A program made the position numbers and the translations under genes. Source: Ginkgo biloba (lineage: Eukaryota; Plantae; Ginkgophyta). Taken from it: a DNA stretch of 15,289 bases. The DNA lies in contig JANKJI020000002.1 in assembly GCA_024626585.2 (NCBI GenBank), forward strand, positions 125,450,413 to 125,465,701, read 5' to 3'. The notes beneath the pieces are model-generated. The model searched no databases, was not told the DNA's origin, and worked only from the letters and a program-made list of their open reading frames with translations. Below, piece by piece: positions 10,243 to 15,289 of this stretch; position 1 is the first letter of the stretch, and the number at the start of each line of letters is the position of its first letter.

Positions 10243-10907
10243 TGTCGATAGTCTCAATTTCTGTGTATTTGGGTTACTGATATTCTCTAACACTCACTCT
10301 ACGAGGGGGAGATAGCTTTATGCTTGTTACAGATGGTAGTAGTTTAGGAGAAATCCAGACAAAGATGAAGATAGTATAGTGATATCAGGCACTATCGAGG
10401 AACCAGGATTGCTCACCATCCTCCACTACGGCGCACCAAGAAACAATCCGCAAGGCACATCAGAAGGAGTCCTTATAGGACTATGGGACCCAGACCCAGG
10501 AGAGACAGACTTACCACCAGCTTTTTTGGGAGATAACAAAAACATTGGATGGTAGGAGAGACACAGACCCGAGTGAGGTTGACAACAGTTGGCCTCCCTA
10601 ACCCATGGAGACACACCCCATTAGTCTAAAAGCCATTGATGACTCAACTGTAGAGGAGATCATTCGCCAAGCCCTTGGAGACTATATAATTGTGGATGAC
10701 TTGTAATCCTATCTCATACAGGCCCATTTCGTGGCGGTAACTCTATGCAAACCTTGGTAACACTTATAAACTTGGAGTGTGAAAGAAATAATTGTCACAC
10801 CACTTTTGGATATACCCTATGTGTCACTTTACCATGTTTATTTTACTCTATTGTATTTCCTAGTTTAATTTTAGACTTGGAGTAGTTGACAACACTCCCT
10901 TCAAGTT
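10243..10907 (-). mobile_element. Probable Ty1/copia polypurine tract (10895-10907) plus 3' LTR
   Basis: The minus strand reads AACTTGAAGGGAG|TGTTGTC at 10907->10888, resembling the copia TTGAGGGGGAG|TGTT junction. It is preceded by ...SMGLR... next to the gap. The far LTR end is uncertain (TG candidates at 10243, 10262, 10278). No TSD found, and orientation signals conflict. Confidence 0.45.
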
Positions 10908-11046
10908 GTATCACATGTTTGTATTCTCAGTCCCATTGACCACTTTNNNNNNNNNNNNNNNNNNNNNNNNNNNNNNNNNNNNNNNNNNNNNNNNNNNNNN
11001 NNNNNNNNNNNNNNNNNNNNNNNNNNNNNNNNNNNNNNNNNNNNNN

Positions 11047-12435
11047 TGTCTCAAGGTTGTATATAATGTTTTTTTTTTTTTTTTATCAATCTCAAAAAAC
11101 AAGGGGTCTCCATGTGCCTTCTCAATGTGGTCCAGGCTTCGCCAAGTTTCTTCTACAATTTTTAGTTTGGATCTCATATGGTTTAATCCGCCTTCTTCTC
11201 AACGAATCATTTTATCCTCAACTGGATTCCACTTCAACGTTTCACTTGTTTTGGTGTAAAGGAAAGCGCTGCTACAACTGTTTTCCCCCACAGGGGTGCC
11301 CTCCACTTCCTTGACACTCTTCCTCTTGCATCCTTTACAAGTCACTTATGTTGGCTAGCCTTGGTATAAGGTTGCCTTTTTCATGTCCCATTCCGTTGTC
11401 CAATGATTACGATGTACTCCTCTTGGCTCTTTTGGCATAACTAGCTGGCCTCTATACAGCATTAGAAGACCCCCTAGCTATGGACGGGTTTAGTTACATC
11501 CCATTATGTTGTCCATACCCAAGGTCTTTGGGATCTAGTGCATACACTTGACTGTTGCCATTCACCTAGCAGGTTTTTAAAATACAGCTTACTGTCAAAT
11601 GCAGGCTCTTTTGATAGTGTTGGCATGGTCTTGACAACAAAACCAAATGTTGACTAATTTTGAGTCCCACATGTTGGATCCACATTTGCAAACGGATTAG
11701 CACCTAGAGGTTATACAAACATCATATTCTCCATACATACACGTCAATTATTGGATGAATACACACACTATGGGTTACAATCTCATTTATTAAATGCCAT
11801 AATGATGAAACACAGTAGACAAGCCTCTCACACTTGATGCCAAAAGCTTCTACTCTGCCCTCGCACTTAATTTCAACTCTCTCTCTCCTATTTATAACTA
11901 ATTTGCAATCATAAATGTCAAATGATGTCTCCTCNNNNNNNNNNNNNNNNNNNNNNNNNNNNNNNNNNNNNNNNNNNNNNNNNNNNNNNNNNNTCCTCAT
12001 TTAATGTGCCCTAGTCATCATAAATGCACCTAAATAATGCAGCCTTATTAAATACGGATTGCCACGTCCTGGCTGACATCATCCTGTCTCTACAGCCACA
12101 AATGTAGCATGACATCAGCCTTATTTATTGTAGCCTGCCCTGCATTAAATGTTATTTGTTGATGATGCCATCTCTGTCATAAATGTGATCTGCCTTATCA
12201 TTTACTGCTGGCATACCACTGTAGTCCTCATTCTGCTATACAGCATTTATTGCTGTGCGCTCAAGTCATCCCCATTTCTCCTTCATTGTGGCTGACATTA
12301 TCGCTTTTCAGTCATGCTTGATGCTAGAATCCTTTGGAATCTTCCCCAGTTCTGGTGTACTTAACAGAAACTTCGTTGTTTTGATGCAATCTTCCTCTTG
12401 GGTAGATGGTTGCCACGTGGCACCAATATACTGCT
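11047..12435 (-). mobile_element. Paralogous Ty3/gypsy 5' end, copy C (LTR 11648-12435, PBS 11628-11645, gag leader 11047-11627)
   Basis: Diverged direct repeat of ~7483-8984 with shared blocks such as gatgtactcctcttggctcttt, taaggttgccttttt, ctgtcaaatgcaggct, accaaatgttgactaa and tacaatctcatttatta. The PBS (+ strand gtcttgacaacaaaacca) differs from the tRNA-Asp-type tccccggcaacggcgcca mostly by C>T/G>A transitions. Cut on the left by a 100-N gap; the outer LTR tip appears missing. Confidence 0.88.
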
Positions 12436-12650
12436 GCCACTTTTCGAAGGGGTTTGGTAAGCTTATTCCGTTGTACTTCATGTAAATAGTATGATTAAGA
12501 ATGGTAGACAACTAGCTTGCCTTGTTATATCAAAAATACTCCTATAACATTCCTTGATGCATCTGCCTCCACCTCAAAAAGAAATTGAAGGATATGTATG
12601 GATAAAACTTGTGTTGTACATAAGTGATGCTTAAAAAAATAAAAAATATT
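12436..12650 (-). mobile_element. Chromovirus-type Ty3/gypsy RT-thumb/RNase H remnant
   Basis: FKHHLCTTQVLSIHILQFLFEVEADASRNVIGVFLI*QGKLVVYHS*...LHEVQRN matches LKxxLCTAPVLxLP...FEVExDASxxxIGAVLxQxGKPVAYHS. It is distinct from the RNase H of copies A and B. Confidence 0.75.
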
Positions 12651-13824
12651 NNNNNNNNNNNNNNNNNNNNNNNNNNNNNNNNNNNNNNNNNNNNNNNNNN
12701 NNNNNNNNNNNNNNNNNNNNNNNNNNNNNNNNNNNNNNNNNNNNNNNNNNGTCACACACCACATTGTTGGAGGTCTGGATATTCACTTCACCTCCTAACA
12801 ATATCCTCATCTGCTATTTCTTAGGTTGAAGACAGTGATAATTGCAAATAACAAGCTCCAACACTGTTCACTGGAAGATTGACTCCTGCCCAATTCTCAG
12901 GTAAAATCAAGTAGGGAAAATTATAATATACTAAACTCATTTAGCCCTATTGTGTCTGAATAATAGTTGTTTAACTCAAATGCCTTAAGCAAAATCTCAT
13001 GTGTAATTCTCAAATTCGGTTTTTCTCCTCAATTCATGCCCTACATAGACTTCTCTTGAATATCCTTATTGCATTTGAGTGGAACAACCAGCCAGCTGGT
13101 TCATTGTCTTATCCACAGTGAGTTTGATTGCTCAAATCTGAGCCAGTTTATCCGGGATAGCAACCACAGAAAATGGTGAAGAAAGAAAACGTCTAGTCTG
13201 TGGAAAACTTCCTACCACCTTTTGACATGAAGGTAAAACAGAGAGCCCATGTAGGTCAGAAGGAACACCTCGAACAATAAAAGTAGTGGTCATCTCCGAT
13301 TCAATGAGGCAAAAACTTAACAGGGTAAAGCCCATCCATCTCGAACAAATGCTGAAATTAAAAGAATGGTGTTCAAAGTTCCAATTGACTATGTTCACAG
13401 TGAAAGCTTCCAAGAAGCGATTTATGACCTTGCAAAAGGTGAGAAAGAAACCATGCAAACTCATGTGAAAACCTGCACCGGAAAATCAAATTATCATAAC
13501 ACTGATACCAGGCCAATACTGCATGAAGGATGGGCAGGAAAGCCAACTTAGGCAATTGGCCAGGATATCAAGAATGTAATCTCTTTGGGGAATTATTACC
13601 AATCCAAATCTTGACCTCCATCAACTCACCTTGAGGAGAGCAAAGGTGGATGACCAAGATGTGGTGAATGATACAAGAAAAGAAATCATGACACAGGATC
13701 CTGGAAATATCCTTCATCCCTTCTATGTAGTTCATATCCAAAAGGCCTTGCAAAAATGTGGTGCAGACGTTTGCAAACTCTATGAATTCATTGAAGTTCT
13801 ACATTCTACTCAAGTATGTCACTC

Positions 13825-14060
13825 GTCTGTAAATTCCTTGTGTGTCATACATGCCAAGCCCTTTCTTCGTGTTGGAATGACGAGGCCATCTACTTGTTTC
13901 ACTTCCTATGTCATGTGAGTTTGTTCTGTCTTATTGAATGCTTCTCATCCCTTCGTGTCAATTTGCCAATCTGTTGACACTCATCACACTTTTTAACAAA
14001 CTCAGTTGCATCCCTGTATAAGGTCTGCCACAATAATCCTTCTTACAACACTTTAGAACA
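13825..14060 (-). mobile_element. Ty3/gypsy integrase remnant
   Basis: KVL*EGLLWQTLYRDATEFVKKCDECQQIGKLTRRDE (second half of the HHCC finger, ~14053-13943) is clear. It is followed by a weaker RAWHV*HTRNLQTSD that resembles the C-terminal KAWHDRH motif. Confidence 0.7.
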
Positions 14061-14655
14061 ACGCTCCTACTGAATTCACATCTTCAATCCCGAGGACGAA
14101 GAGAATAAGTTGGCAGATCTTGTAAATTTGTGCCACTTCCATAATTCCATGTCAATTCTCCTGTACATATTCTTTACTTGCGGGAAGCCAGGGAGGCCTT
14201 GTAGGATTTGCAACGGTGTCGCGCCTTCCCAGTTTCCTTCTGTGGTCTCCGAAAGGAGGTTTTGAAAAACTTGATGCATGTTATTTGGGAGGTGCAGTTC
14301 TAGCCGTAGGGAGCTTTGCGTTCGACGGGGAAAGGAAAGATTACAGTGTAGAGTGTGAGCTGGTGTTGGAGGCCACGAAACTGCTCTTCATGCAGTTGAA
14401 AAGATTGAAAGACTATCTATTATCGAAGAAGCCGTGGTTGGAGGAATTTGCATAAATAGAGGTCGTGTTCCTTCTAAACCTCTTCTTGCTGTGAGTGGGC
14501 GGATGCATAAACTTTAGGGTAAACATCATTTGAAGGCAATGGGTAGAGAGACGAAGGGCTTACAACACTGAGAAGTTGACAGCAATGGTGGTCATGAAAA
14601 AAAATGTTGAAGGAGGATAAAGAATCGAGATGCAAAGATCAAGTAGTAAAAACTT

Positions 14656-14947
14656 GGCTCTGTACCATATTGTAGACAGAATGGGAGATATGCACAGAAA
14701 AATAGAGATACATTGAAGCTCAACATGAATCGAATTGCGTCCCCTTGTTTTCATTCAAAAGAAATAATCTGTATTTATAGGATACAAAAGAGTAACATTC
14801 ATGGAATCAAATTACAATGGATGTACATCTACTTGACACCTCACTCACACATTGTAATTTCCAAATTATGACACTTGTTACATTTATTTAATTAACTCCA
14901 AATTAATATAAAAAATATTTGACTCAAAATAAGGCATTATTCCAATA
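14656..14947 (-). mobile_element. Short 5' LTR (14671-14947) with tRNA-iMet PBS (14656-14667); copia- or TRIM-like
   Basis: The minus strand reads ...TCTACA-ATA-TGGTACAGAGCC, which is TGGTATCAGAGCC with a 1-nt deletion. TATA box CTATAAATA at 14772-14780 (minus). The outer end TATTGGAATAATGCC is probably a mutated TGTTGG and abuts the CACTA remnant. The internal sequence 14061-14655 has no recognisable gag. Confidence 0.65.
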
Positions 14948-14956
14948 GTCATTATT

Positions 14957-15289
14957 GAGCTACCTTAAGGCATGAATCAAATCTCTTCCTTTTAAAAATT
15001 CTTGTATTAGAAATATCCAAAGGTGGTACATTTGTTAGATCTTATGCATATTTTTAAAAATATTATAGATTCGCTATGGAAATATACTAGTGAAAAATTA
15101 AGATACAAATTAATAGAAAGAATAGACTTAAATATTTCTAAAATTTGCAAGCACTTATGGCCAAAAAAGGAGAAATGGTAGAGGAGATTCATATCAACAT
15201 GCTCCATGAATATTGAGGAGGGATAAATTGGAAAGAGTTAAACATATAATCCATTCAATTCAAACCTTTATAATACATGGTTCATTCTT
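14957..15289 (+). mobile_element. CACTA (En/Spm) transposase remnant
   Basis: ELP*GMNQISSF*KFLY*KYPKVVHLLDLMHIFKNIIDSLWKY...RIDLNISKICKHLWPK...SYQHAP*ILRRD...IHSIQT matches the TnpD-type SIFxxLPYW...HxLDxMHIxKN...RxDL...HLWP...APWxL pattern. It runs off the window edge. Confidence 0.8.

Noticed and set aside
11069-11084. Poly-Lys/NLS (KKKKK) in ORF 10911..11177, or a retrocopy poly(A) tail
   Set aside because: It is a homopolymer replacement of the sequence that reads MNIVK in copy A, next to a gap; likely slippage or a sequencing artefact.
8096-12435. A single LTR element that captured the AlaRS exon between its two LTRs
   Set aside because: Both LTRs have a PBS and gag leader on the same side, there is no PPT before LTR A on the exon side, the LTRs are highly diverged, and no TSD is evident.
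12541-12549. ATAACA as the outer end of LTR C (matching 9114-9119)
   Set aside because: It falls inside the chromoviral RNase H motif DASRNVIG, and LTR homology ends at ~12435.
12763-12863. Small hairpin (attgttggaggt...acctcctaacaat) and 8-bp inverted pair TGTTGGAG/CTCCAACA suggesting a mini solo LTR or MITE
   Set aside because: No target-site duplication (cacat vs ctgtt), short arms, and next to a gap; could be chance.
13502-13510. TGGTATCAG on the minus strand as a tRNA-Met PBS
   Set aside because: Only 9 nt match and it is not preceded by an LTR-ending CA.
13132-13918. Several 60-110-aa ORFs on both strands
   Set aside because: No recognisable motifs and the ORFs overlap in conflicting frames. 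Probably decayed TE or intron sequence; left unassigned.

Overview
AT-rich eukaryotic nuclear DNA, most likely from a land plant with a large genome (gymnosperm-like, inferred from the TE types and intron scale). It is a draft scaffold with seven N-gaps, three of them exactly 100 N. The only host coding sequence I can support is a 102-bp internal exon (9401-9502, minus strand, AG/GT, phase 0/0) of a cytosolic/mitochondrial-type alanyl-tRNA synthetase. The rest is intron filled with dead transposons. (1) A decayed non-chromoviral Ty3/gypsy element on the minus strand (LTR-PBS-gag-PR-RT-RH-start of INT, 8995->1923). (2) A paralogous RH-INT segment across a gap (1822->231). (3) A further paralogous LTR-PBS-gag-leader unit (12435->11047). 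(4) A probable copia PPT and 3' LTR. (5) A chromovirus-type RNase H scrap and another integrase scrap. (6) A short LTR with a tRNA-iMet PBS. (7) A CACTA transposase remnant on the + strand. I see no prokaryotic system, CRISPR array or RNA gene, and no clear new multi-gene system. The most novel-looking signal is the Gag N-terminus: an unrecognised domain shared by two copies, followed by a ~130-aa Asn/Gly/Gln/Tyr-rich, prion-like tract in frame with the capsid motif. All family assignments come from manual translation and recalled motifs, not database searches.
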